From Podarcis gaigeae (lineage: Eukaryota), in the NCBI GenBank assembly GCA_964106915.2, contig OZ066915.1: a DNA stretch of 64,000 bases. One strand, 5' to 3'. The stretch's first letter is position 1. The number at the start of each line of letters is the position of its first letter. Shown here in pieces: positions 12,630-24,700 of the stretch. Under the pieces are notes generated by a model. That model had not been told where the DNA came from. It ran no database searches and was given only the letters and a program-made list of their open reading frames with translations. The translations under genes were made by a program, and so were the position numbers.

Positions 12630-12850
12630 CAAAGTTCCATCTATTCCTGCATCATTTTCAACAGTAGCCAACCAAATACCTCTGGAACATCACAAACAGG
12701 GTATAATGGTTAGAACCATCCCATGTTGATTGGGTCCAAGTACTGGTACTCAAGTATCCTTCCTTACAACATTGAATTTCCATTTAACTATCTGTACTAT
12801 TAATTTGCCCTAAATATCCAACCAAATGAGTAGCAATTGCCACATTTTGT
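12630..12850 (-). mobile_element. Degraded CR1 LINE 3' fragment
   Basis: ttccatctattcctgcatc...cagtagccaaccaaatacctctggaa resembles the reverse of the CR1 3' end at 61080-61375. Confidence 0.45.
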
Positions 12851-13746
12851 AAGTTAATATACAGAACCATGTCCTTATTTGGGTATTGATCAAGCTAGCA
12901 GCTAGTTATATGGCCTGACCCTGATCTGGTACTGTGTGAGAAAACAAGATTTCCTTCTTCAAACCCTTTCCTCCAAAATTGTGTTCTTTTTAATTTTATA
13001 TGTGCAGTATGCTGAATGTGTGTGTTTGTGTGTGTGTTACATTTTTGTGAGGTACTAAGGTGAGAGATCACCCCACCTGCATTCTGAAGTGGCATGGTCC
13101 GCGGCATGCTGTATCACATGCTTTTGGCTGAATAGGTAACATTTGTCGCAGCAGAGTAATTAACATGATCATTCCCAGTCAAACATTAACTCTCACTGCA
13201 GCACAGGGCTCAAGAGCCTCTACTTACAACACAGCAAAGAGGACTGAAGGAATCTGGCTTGCTCTGGTTTTGGTGCTTTAAGGCAGTCCAAGCTGAAGAG
13301 CTAATAGGCTTTTATATATGTTTGCACCTATGTCCTAAGAGCCTTAACGAGGAAAGGAGCTGGTTGCTGGGAATGCAGCTGCTTGCTGGGAAGTAGCATC
13401 GCTGTGCTATCTATATAGGCATCGGCCTTCCTCCTTGATAAGCTTTTCCACCTCTGAGAACAAACCTCTTTGCATAAAAGCTACCTGATATCAAGAGAAA
13501 GGCCACACTCAAGATGCAGTTCAGGGAGGTGGGGGTTTGAAGGGAGGGCAAATCCTTCCATTATTTTTTGTTTTGTTTCCTGCATTCTTGGTAGCAGCCC
13601 TCCAGGATTGGTAATCTCCTGCATTCCAGGCTATAGCTACTTTTCACTACCTTCAGGCCCAAAATCCAATGGAGTCTGCTGGGGTTCCAGGGAAAGATAG
13701 GGACTTCCTGCTTTCTGAGCACTGGCTTTATTTTACCTGGGTCATT

Positions 13747-13788
13747 TGCATGCACGCGCGCGCGCGCGCGCACACACACACACACACG
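13747..13788. repeat. Alternating purine-pyrimidine tract TGCATGCA(CG)8(CA)8, potential Z-DNA
   Basis: Read directly: 42 bp of uninterrupted alternation including (CG)8. Confidence 0.9.
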
Positions 13789-14036
13789 GAGGGAGCCTCA
13801 ATGGCACCCCTCTGTAGTCTTCACCTGAGGCAAAAAATATGGCTAGTCCCCCTTGTAGCTACGGCTCTGGTGTATGTTTCCCTTTCTTCTGCAGTTCTTC
13901 CCAGGTAACCATCCTTACTTGGCCTAGGTTGATGGAAATCAGAAAAATAAAATGTGGAAGCGTTCCTTTCGCACTGAGGCTGGATCTCACCAGCAAATGG
14001 GATGCAAGCCCCATGAAGGGATTGTATAAACACAGT

Positions 14037-14038
14037 GA

Positions 14039-14088
<50 letters not shown>
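14037..14088 (+). repeat. (GAAA)13 microsatellite followed by (GGCA)3
   Basis: Read directly. Confidence 0.95.
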
Positions 14089-14089
<1 letters not shown>

Positions 14090-14769
14090 GCAGGCAGGCA
14101 TCTGGCAGTCAGCATGAAGGCCGGTGCTGCCAGGAGATATGCCAACCCCTGTGATGGCATTTGACAAAATGTCATTTTAAATGGGTAAGTGTAGTGCTGA
14201 CTCGTGTCTTTTGTCAGGCTGCTCCTCTTGACAGTGTGATATTTATAGCTGAGGCCTCGGAAGAGATGACTGGTACTCCCAGGGAGTTACGAACGGGGAG
14301 GCGGACCAGCTTGCACTGGCAAACATAAATATTTGACATGGTGGAAGGAGAGAAGAGGAACAATGTCCTGCTGAGCTAAGGAAAGGCAAGGGTTCTCAGG
14401 GTGCCAAGCTGAGCCCCCCTGCATGGGACCTCCCCACTGTTTGTTTGTCCTTGCAGAATGCGGACGTTCCACCTAGAGTCTGTGCCAAGAAGCCCTCCAT
14501 AAAGGGTGGTGGGTAAGGAATTTTAAAAACAGGTAGGTTGTTGCAGTCAGAGCTCTCATTAAGACCTTCACTGAGCTTAGCTTTTGGCCACAAAAATGAT
14601 TGATAACGAAGCTAGTACTCAGGAAGTACAGTGGGGGCAAAAGTGATGTGACCTCTCCCCCTACCTTTCTACAGAGAAGGCATCTGTCTCCTTCCCCATA
14701 TTGTAACCTACTACTACTGGTAATAATCTTATACATAGTGCGTTTAATTTTCAAAGATCTTACAATCTT

Positions 14770-14880
14770 TTATTCACTTGACCTCATAACAATCCTATGC
14801 AGTAGATCACGATGTGTCCCATTTCACAGATAGGAAACTGATGTGACAGCTGACCCATGGCCATGCAGTGGTATAAAACC
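14770..14880 (-). mobile_element. MIR (CORE-SINE) fragment
   Basis: cctcataacaatcctatg...cccatttcacagataggaaactga is the classic reverse-strand MIR core. Confidence 0.65.
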
Positions 14881-14889
14881 ATGTCCCAT

Positions 14890-15030
14890 CAGTGCAATTG
14901 GACTTTCCCCCCTCTCCTCCACTTGCACTCACCATACACCTTCCACAAATCTGCTCCGGAACAGATTCAGGAAGTGCATGAAGGGTAGGAGAATGTTCTG
15001 TTGCTCAAGCAGATGTTCCTGGGCTTACAG
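14890..15030. mobile_element. Palindromic MITE-like repeat (CAAATCTGCTCC family)
   Basis: caaatctgctccggaacagattc core with C-rich and G-rich arms; related to 39715-39935 and 40190-40400. Confidence 0.45.
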
Positions 15031-15444
15031 AATGTTCACGGAGTGCTGCGTTGCATGCAACCCTATATACCTGCCTATACATCTATCACAAAGCCATTAC
15101 AATTGAGAGGCGATTAAAATAATTGCATAACTATTGAGTCACTGCTTATCATGATTCATCCTAGAAGCAGACCATCACTATGTTTGGCCTTTCATAAAAT
15201 GGAACATAATCATAGTGTTTTGTGCTTTTAAAAATGCCTCTCTCTAAGAAGACCAACCAAGGTAGCCAGCAATTATATCCAGAGTGTGGGAATAAGCCTT
15301 GACTTAATGATGGGAAACTTAGACAATGTGTCCCATAGTAGGGCCTTCCTGGGACTACAACGTGCAAGCAGGATTTGTGTGAATGGGAGCTAGACTAGAC
15401 CACTAGTTCAGCCCTGGCAAATGTATGTGGTGCTCTTGAATTCT

Positions 15445-15625
15445 TCCAGAATCCTCACTCACCCAAGAAGGTCGCTGGATGACTTTGGGCCAATCAACCA
15501 TCTCTCAGCCTAACCTATCACACAAGGTTGTGGTGAGGATAAAATGGAGAGAAGGGAGAACAATGTAAGCCACTTTGAGCTCCTTGGAGGAAATGCAATG
15601 TATAAATGTAATAATAATAATATAA
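15445..15625 (+). mobile_element. Squam3-like (MIR-derived) SINE
   Basis: tgactttgggccaatc...tctctcagcctaacctatcacacaaggttgtggtgaggataaaatggag...gagctccttggaggaaa...tataaatgtaataataataa. Confidence 0.75.
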
Positions 15626-16842
15626 ATGGGGTACAAGAAATAAGAAAAGCTAAAAGAATTAGCTGGGCACTTTAAGGACTTGCCAAGGCATGTTTAAGGC
15701 AGCGGGGGGTGGGGGGAGCTCCCGTATGTCACACATTTTCCATACATTACCTGGAAAGAAAAAGGAATGGCATTAGATATGGCTGCTGCTAGTGATGTGC
15801 AGAGTAAACAGAATTAAGCAAGAGTGTTATAGACAAGCATGTGGAGGATTAGGAAGGAAGCATATTTTGTCGAAGATTAATTATCTGCAGCCCCCGCACT
15901 GGCCAAGGCTTCTTAGCATTTTTCACAGCCATATTGTTGACATATCCAAACTATCTGTGGTTTAATCCAATGCTAACATGAGACCCTTGCTTGCAGAAAC
16001 TACTCCCAATAAAATCCTGAAGTCCCTTCTGACTTCCTTGCTATAAGGCCAGAGACTTCTGAAAAATGATGTAGCCGAATAAGTCAGCGTTCTTCATCTT
16101 AAACGACTGAACATCCCTAACCCATCGAAGATAATTTTGCATAAAATGCAGCCCAAGAAGGAGTGAAGCACACCATCCTTCTAATAATCATCATATTCCA
16201 TTACAGTTTTGGGGAAACTGCTAAAGAAACCTTTTCTCAAGACAGCAGGAGAAACATGAGGCAGAAGACAACCAAGACCAGGCTAACACAGTTTTGTCAC
16301 TGTGGAAATATATATTTGGGTCCAGGATTAAACAAGTATGCGGTAATAATTACAACACTATTTGAAGTTTTGCGGGAGGTGTTTTTACATGTGATTTTTG
16401 CTACTTGCTGCTGAAACTCTGGACAGGGAAGAAGACAAATGGAACAAACTAAACAAAAACTTGATCGACACCAGTCAAGTTCACAAAAAATTACTAGCCT
16501 GAAAAATATTTACTAGCTTGTTGGCAGCTGGCAGAGGAGCGAAGGAAAGTGCTGTCTTTCTCACAGCACCTTGTGGCATTTGCATCCCGGGTGCATAAGA
16601 TGGGGCTTCCCTTCTCTGGCAGCCCACTTGGGTTCTTCAACAGGCATAGGGGAAGATCCTGTCAATCATTGACCAGCCTGTTCACTTGCCTGTGCACAAT
16701 TCTTTGACACCTAGGGTTACCAAGTGAGTGCTTAAATGCAAGGATAACTGAAAACTTACACAAGCCAAACCTGAAAAAGGTTCTGCGGTAGTAGATACAG
16801 GGTTTCAAATACCTGTGCTGCTAACTGACCTTCTCCAATGTG

Positions 16843-16973
16843 CAGGGTTTCACAAATTTTGGTCTCTGGATGCTTTTGGAATATAATTCCCATCATTCCA
16901 CTGGTCCTGCTAGCAAGGGATGATGGGAGTTGTAGTCCAAAAACAGCAAGAGACCCAAGTTTGGGAAACCCCA
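16843..16973. mobile_element. Palindromic hAT-type MITE
   Basis: TIRs cagggtttcacaaa / tttgggaaacccca; internal inverted repeat tcccatcattcc / gggatgatggga. Confidence 0.75.
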
Positions 16974-17233
16974 TAGTAGTGTATGCACAGTACATATTTT
17001 TTATAAACATTTTACTGGGGGGGGTTATAATTTTGATTGCAGCATTTGTGCTTTATTGGTGCAAAATTTGGAGTTCAGTGACACAGAAGCTGGATCGTGC
17101 TCCTGGCTTAAATGCAATCATGTTTCTGGCCATGAGCGTCATCCATCCAACAACATGGACAACTGCAGCGTCTAAGAAGATGCTACAAGCATTATAGTCA
17201 ATGAAGTTTCACAATGTTGAGTTCGGTCCAAAT

Positions 17234-17355
17234 CAGGGGTGGAGAGCCATGCACTGTTGAAATAGGACTCCCAGCATCCCTGACCACTGGCCATGCTGGC
17301 TGGGGCTGAGTTGTAACCCAACAACACCTGGAGGTTCACAGACTCCCCACTCTCA
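17234..17355. mobile_element. Palindromic hAT-type MITE
   Basis: caggggtggaga...actcccagcatccctgaccactggccatgctggctggggctgagttgta... Confidence 0.6.
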
Positions 17356-19489
17356 TCTCAGTCAAGCAATGCTTTTCATGTGTTCCGCACACAGACACTC
17401 ACAAAATATGCTTGCCACACAACACCACTAGTAGAACACATGAGCAAGCACACATACACTGAAGTGTATTGAGCTGCTTTTCAGGCATGGTGCTACCATA
17501 GCGAGGATGAGATCCCTTCCCACACAAATGCGTGGAATATTAGTGTGATGACATGTTGTTATGCAATTTTGAACTACCCATATGACCTGCAGCTGGGCTT
17601 GTGCTCCTGCAGAAGGCAGCAACTAATAGCAAGCTCCATATCCTACCACTGCAGCTATATTGTGCAGAGAGTCTATGGAGGGAAAACAAGCAAACAAATG
17701 CAAAGGAAGAGGATGGTTTAAGATCACACAGCTGAGATCCCAGAGGCGCCTCTAAGCCCTAGCAATATTTTCTAATAAACTTGGTGTTATCTCCTGCCAC
17801 ACAGGAACAAAGACTAGGATAAATGAATAGCAATAAGACGAAGTATGTGTTGGGCATGGCACAAAAATGTGAGCGGCAAATAGGATCCAGGTGTAACGAA
17901 CTCTCCCAGGCTGCCCCTCTTTGAAAATAGCAGCTGTGTGGGCAGACAGGGAAATCACTGGGTAATATCTAAGGCAGATTAAAAATAATAACGATCCGAT
18001 TTTTAAAAGTTTCTTGCACTTTATAACTTGCCTTCCCCAAATGAACCCTCTATGAAACACAATCTGAGTTCACTACACGGTATGCAGAGGCTAACTAAAA
18101 GTAACAATGGTTTATTAAAACAATTAGAAAAAAATAAACATAACTAACCCATGGGTCTCTCTAGAAAACATAGTAAGATAAAGGGGCCACGCTTCCACAT
18201 CAATAAATAACCAAAGAGGAAATTGCTAGATTTAAGTCCTGTGCCAACACCACTAGCATATTGTGACATAGCAAGAAGTGATCAGCCTAAAGATAAGCAC
18301 ACCTGTCACCTGAGAGGTGAAACCTACTGACATGTCAGTGTGCTGGTCACCCACAGAAGAACAAAAGTCGTGGGGAGAAAACGGGTGTCTGAAAATGGCT
18401 TAGCTGCTCTAAGGCACAGAGAAGGCAGCTCTCACATTTCACAAGGACATTTCTCCTCTGGTTTCCCAGCCCCTCCCTCCTCTCCCCTCTTTCCCTCCCT
18501 CTTTTCCTTGCACCTGCATGAATGATGGATGGCTCTGTCCCCATTTGCAGGTCTAGCCAACACGCTGGGGAAGCTGCAGGGAGGGCTCCAACTGGAGCAC
18601 TTGCAGCAGACTAGAAAGAAATAAAAGCAAGGAAGCTTGCGGAGAGATTTTAGATTAAGCAGGTGATGAATCAAATAAGCAAAATAACTAAGCAACCTAC
18701 ACCTGCTCTCCACGCCCTCCTCTCCACAACCACAACTCCCAAGCTGTGAGAAAGGAACTGGCTCTCAGAAGCTGAGAATATGGGTGGGAGGGATGGAGCA
18801 AAGATGCTTCCTCAATTGTCAGGATGACTCCTAGCTCATTTGATGGTCACAAAACTCCTTGGGCTGGCAAATCTGCCGTGTCAAATGGAACAAGCGTTTG
18901 GGCAAATATTTGTTAAAAATGTCATTCCACTGTTCTCGGGGTACACAGCAAAACAACAGATATGAGCTTTCAGAGATACTATAAGGGATGCTTCAAGGGT
19001 ATAGCTAACCTGCAGAGGAAGGGAACCTCTTTGCTTTTTTTGCCCACACTCCTTGTTGCATTACTTTCTTGGGGAAACACTTTTCCCTGTGCTATGACCT
19101 GGGGTGGCCTCTGGTCTTTCCTCTCTTCAGATCTAGGCATCTTTTAAAAAGATAGCAGACACTTCTGTTTTTCAGAAGCCTGTTGAGAGAATGCACACTT
19201 CCCTGCAAAACTGGAATGCCGGCTATTCTTACCCTGAACTGCATGCAAGCTTCTGTGTAATTTGTATGGCTGTGATTTGTTTTTCTTATGAAATAAATTA
19301 ACAGTTTTAAAAAATTACATGCAACTTGAGAAATGGCAGGAGCATTCATCAGAAAGCCAGTAAGGAAATGCACTAAAACAAAAAAGCATAGTTAGCACCG
19401 GAAAAAAACACCGGTAGTCCAGTTCTGCTGGTTTCATGCTGTCTCTAACACCACCTATTATATGGTACATCTGCCCATAGCATAGGTTA

Positions 19490-19600
19490 CTCCAGCCTGG
19501 TGTTTTAGACACCAACTCCCATCAGGTAGGATGGCCAAGACAAGGATGATGGGAGTCCAAAACATCTGGAGTCCCCTGGGAATACGGACTATTAACCCCT
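19490..19600. mobile_element. Palindromic hAT-type MITE
   Basis: caactcccatca...gatgatgggagtccaaaacatctggag; abuts a second MITE-like fragment (~19600-19730). Confidence 0.55.
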
Positions 19601-21574
19601 TCTGGAAACTGCAGCTTTGTGAGGAAAATAGGGGACTCCTAACAACCCTAAGAACCCTTAACAAATGACAGTTCCCAGGATTCTTTCGGGAAAGCTATGA
19701 CTCTTAAAGTGGTATTCCAGTGTGGGTGCAGTCAGGACAAGAATCTGTGGGAATGTTGCCACAGATCTAGCCAGCTATCTTCAACTTTTCAAGATCTGTA
19801 AGTAGACTCACCTTTAGTCCAAACATGTGCTGGGGGACCCACTTCTCCTTTTTATTTTTTTACCATACGCTTGTCTGGTGGTAGTGCAGTTGCTGAAACC
19901 CATTTTAGGTCAGGCTACAGGTACCTGGTAGTGAGTCCCAATCCAGTAGCTGAAATCCAGTGATCATTCTAGGCCTTCTCAGGTGTATTTGCTTTTCAGA
20001 TCTCAGCAAAACCATGTGAAATGTTTGTGATTTGAAGGAACATCTTGAACATATAGGGTGAAAAGTCAGGAAGTAAAGCCAGCAGCAAGGTCAGGCTCCC
20101 AAGCATGTACTGAGCTCAAGGGCCTTTGCTCAACGTCCAGATTATTTTTATCCTGCCGTGTGATCTCTTCCCAGTCCCCTGAAATCCCATTCCAAAGAAA
20201 GGCTGGGAAAACTGTGTCTGAAAGCCCAACAATTTCATATCCTGTCTAGTTTTCTCACTCCAAGGAGGGGAAACAAATTCTAAAAACAGCATGTATGATA
20301 CTTGGGCTTTCCATCTTTAGACTAGAGAGTTGGGAGACAGAATTGTATGTGGCTGTGATTTCACATGGAGTGTCTACATAGGCTTGGGAAATATGTGCTC
20401 AAGTATCATGGTGCATATCTATTATAGCTTATTCCCAAATTCAAAGAAGATTGTCAATGCTTACAACTCCCCCACCACAATCCCCCCCCTCTCTCTCTAT
20501 ATATAAATGTATATGGGTTGAATTTAGTGGTGGGGGATTTATTCACAAAGATCTTTCCATTGCTTTCAAATAAGGAGCGGAACTGTCTTCTGTGCCCTCC
20601 AGATCAAATGAAATCTAGCCTACTCACATTTACAAAGTTTGCCAACCACTGGCTAATGCAAATTTTCACTATCCGTAATACTAAAAAACGAATCAGGAAT
20701 AAAGGACGTAACAGGAGCCAGGATCGGTGAACACGGCAGGACAACCAAAAGATACAAAGCCCCAGAAGATCTCAAGAGAACCTTGTTGTTTGAGCAAGCT
20801 TAGCTGCAGGAGGAAGCCCTCTTATAGTCCTTCCTACCCAAGGGGATTTCACAGCTTGTCTGTGTGGGCAGGGTCAGTTCAGAGCCAGAAGGTAGTAAAC
20901 TGCTTATGCAGAGACTGCAACTTGCAATTCAGCAGCTCACTCCATGGACACCTGCAAACAAACCCAAAGGCTCCAATTTCTAACCCCAGCAGCTTTTGAC
21001 AGATGCAATTATAGAATCAGACTTTGCACTGTAGTTCAGTTATTTGCCCAGCATTTGATGAGGTAAACACGTAAAGCAAGAAACATGTCTCCTGTAGATG
21101 CATGGCACGGAGTCTCAGAAAACAGTAGGTATTGGGTGAGTGTGAATGCAATGCAAGCTCCCAAGTACTTAAGTGTGCAGGTATTCACTTAACAAACACT
21201 AAGCATGGTTCAAACCATGGCACCATGGAAGTGTGAAGAACCTCAGTACTAACTCAAAGACTAGCCAGGTGACAGAAAAGTTCAGGCTCAGGTTAAGAAG
21301 GCACAAGAAAGCTATTAGTATCCTGTGTCCTCCTTGAGCATTAAGCATGACCTTGGAAAGGAATCAAAGCCCTGTTGTACCTGGTGCAATAAGTGTATCT
21401 GGGAGTGCCAGATGATCTTTGCAGTCAAGAGAAAAGCTACTACTGAGACCAAGCCCCAGTGAATGGAGACAAAGGTCTTGACATATTTACAGAAGAACAC
21501 AATCCTCTTGAAGGCCCTGAGATCAGGCCAGCAAGCATCACAGCCTATCACACCAGGCCCTGAGAGCACTTACA

Positions 21575-21708
21575 GCAGGTGTGGGGAACACCTTTGGCCC
21601 TCCAGATGTCGCTGTGCTACGACTCCCATCAAACCCAGCAAGCATGGGCCTCAGATGATGGGAACTGCAGTTCAGAACATCTGAAGGGCCAAAGGTGTAT
21701 CACACCTG
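21575..21708. mobile_element. Palindromic hAT-type MITE
   Basis: caggtgtgggg...cctttggccctccagatgt / acatctgaagggccaaagg...cacacctg; whole-element inverted symmetry. Confidence 0.75.
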
Positions 21709-24700
21709 ACTTAAAGGCAGCTCACAAATGGCAAGGAATCCAAACAGACTTAAAACCATCCTACCAGCCTGAGAACAAACGTCATCTCTGCTGCTGCAGT
21801 TACCTCTCCCTTGACAAAAAAGGGACCTATTCTATTACATGGATGGAAGGAGGTAGAAAATTAAAGGTGAAGAGGGTAAGAATAGCTGTTTTTTTCTATC
21901 TCAATTCTTCCAATGGGTCAAAAGCTGCTTTTGTATTATAAAAGTGGTCAACACCAGTTTTTTATCAGATCAACAGGCTACAGTTCACTGCTCTGTTGAG
22001 CCCAATGCAATCCTTCCATGGAGTCGCTGGTCTGTCCCTAACTTGTCATTAACCAGGATCCCCCAAGGGCCAATTCAAATATTCAGCTATTAAGGATGTA
22101 AAGCCCACTCACTTGAATGTACTACCTCAGCTTCTACATGGGGAGTCATAAAAATGACTACCCAGTGTCAAACTGGTCCAGAAGCACCCATTAATGGCAG
22201 GCAACTTGGAGACGAGCAGCACAGAAATACTTCAACTAGCAGTCAAGAAACACCAAAATTCCTCAAGTGATGAGCAGCATTAAGAATGAAACCGGGTTGT
22301 GGCAACTGTCCCACCTTAGGGACTGTAGGATTTGGCTATGGGGACGGGCAGGTACACTCCTAGTGTTCAGATCCGCTCTCACTTCTGAACCTGCTCAAGT
22401 CTCACAGTGCCTTCTGCAGTTCTGAGAAAAATACCAGGAAAGAAAGAGCAGTCAGTTTCTCAGGACAAATATGTAAGCCTTAAAAAGCAGGTATTGTTTT
22501 AAGACAAGCAACAAGACATGGCCAGGTTCCCAACAATAGAACTGCCCCTGTGCTCAAGAATTGGAGGGGCCTGAAATTTATAGTTCTGAAATGAAAGTTT
22601 GCACTTCAGGAGAAAGCCGTAACTAGATAGCTACAGAATACAGAGTCCTTCCAGATTGGTGGCTTGTTTTTTTCCAGGTGCATACTGCAACATGTCATTG
22701 ACGCAACAAAAGTGTGTTAGTGTTGGGTTTTTTCCTGGACCTTCCACACATCATTCACCTTTATTTCTTGTTCTGTGAGGCTTCCCCCATGCTACTGCAT
22801 TACTGCTGTCTGGGAGGCCCCTCTTGCAACAAAATGAGGACAAATAAAAAATGCCCCAGCATGTATATGGTACAAAAGCAGGTGCAAAACTTATTGAAAG
22901 TGGGTCAAAGATGTCTGGTGGTGTCCCATGCAGTATATTGTATTAGCATAATCTAGGCACTGTGTGTGAGAGGCAAAAGCTCTGTATATATTTTGTTGTC
23001 TATTTGGCAACCCTACCGTTTTTTTTCCCAGTCTGCCCTACTCAATGGGGTACACCTTCCAGCAACTGTATGATGTCTCCCCCCTTCTCCACAGTTCACA
23101 GCTGTGTGAGAATTTCATGGTTCTGGGCCCCCAGTGCTGGCAGCAAACAGTGAGGCCAGATATCACATTCGAACCCCCTGTAGCCTCCTGCTTTTCAGTA
23201 AGGATTCTCAGCATCATACACTCAGCTCAGATAATTCATCCAGAATAAAAATAATTTCCCAATGATACGATTGTAATTGCTAACAAACCCACCCTTAAAT
23301 GTTAATATAGTCAGCTATTTTTGTCCACACTGATTTTTCTCACCCTTTTAATACATGGAGGGTGGTTCTTTTTCCTCTTCTAACCCCTTGTTACGCTTTT
23401 GATCAAGGGTGCGTTTTTTACAATCACAAATGAATTTTAGGTTGGCCCTTCCAACCTTTCAGCCTAACAGATGAATGGGAAAAGTCCACTTATAAAGAGC
23501 TCCAATAATTAGCTATGATAATTTAACAATGCTGTGAGCGAACTAATATTATCTCTAGAGCTCTCATTAAAAAAAACCAACACTAAAAAAACCCCACCAC
23601 TCTGCAACTGCAACTCTGCAAAACTGTCATATGGGAAGCAACCATTCCAGGTTTCTTTTAGTTTATAAATATTTCATCCACTCCCGGGGCCATTGTGACA
23701 CTTTCCTAACCCCCATTGTCCTGCAGTTTGTTTGCACCTTATGCGCTTTCTACATTGCCATCAAAGGAGGACTTCCATGTTTCTTCTTTACTTCCGTCTA
23801 TTAACACATCATTGCAACATATCTTATTAGGGTCCATCCCTTCCCGGTGGAAAATTTCTGAAGATGTTGTGGCATGACCAGACACATTCCCCATCATGGC
23901 AACAATTATCCCTGCTCAACTACAATCCCTGTTATTATAAGATTTTTTGGGAAACATAGCCAAGGGCATGCATAGGGTAGAGACACTCTTTCCTGAAGGC
24001 CAACATTTTTGCAGTTTTTCTCTCAGCACTGCTGGAGAATATAAACTGGAGTCAGCACAAAATGAATGGCTGCAGCCTTAAAGCAGCACCCATATTTTCC
24101 ATTCTGTCCTATATGGGTTCCTCTAATACTCTTCCCTTACTACAGTATCTGAGTTACCAACAAGGCACCAGTGTATTGACATCTGGCAGGCTCAGAGATA
24201 CAGTCACCCTGAGCTTAAAAGCTAACAGCAGATGAGAAAAACTTCTATTATTCATGGCATCTGATTAACTCATTGGTATTAATGATCTGCACACAATGCA
24301 AAGTTATGACATTTGTTTAGGTCACAGGGATCCGGAGTACAAATTTGTTGTGAAGACACAGAGGAAATGGACTATCTAGAGACTCCAGAAATACTGTCCT
24401 CATGTCCTCAGAGTGTTAATGTCCAGAGGAGAATGAATGAATGAAGATGGGTGGGGAGCGAAGAGCAATAGAATCTGTCTAGATTTAAGCAAATATTCCA
24501 CACACACCCTCCAAGATTCAGACATTTGTCTGCACTGCCCAAATATTACCCTTTTTCGTCGGTTTGCCTGTTTGACAATTCCTGTTCTGCCGGAAAACCT
24601 TTTATTTGCCCTTTATCTCATGGTACTTCTATGACAAGACACTTCAGACTGAAGGTTAATAATCCACAACACCGGGAAAAGTATGAACAGAGTGTGAATT

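Noticed and set aside
13839-14175. ORFs with ERKK / FLSF repeats
   Set aside because: Translations of the (GAAA)n microsatellite; the same applies to the poly-N, HT/SL and RE ORFs at 46344, 57363 and 60158.
18560-18780. Possible CR1 5'UTR or LTR remnant
   Set aside because: Resemblance is compositional only; no termini, TSD or adjoining ORF.
19806-19830. Isolated strong minus-strand donors (here, ~5105 and ~47120)
   Set aside because: No convincing matched acceptor; the two I tested (here and ~5105) hit stop codons when joined to the exon at 621.
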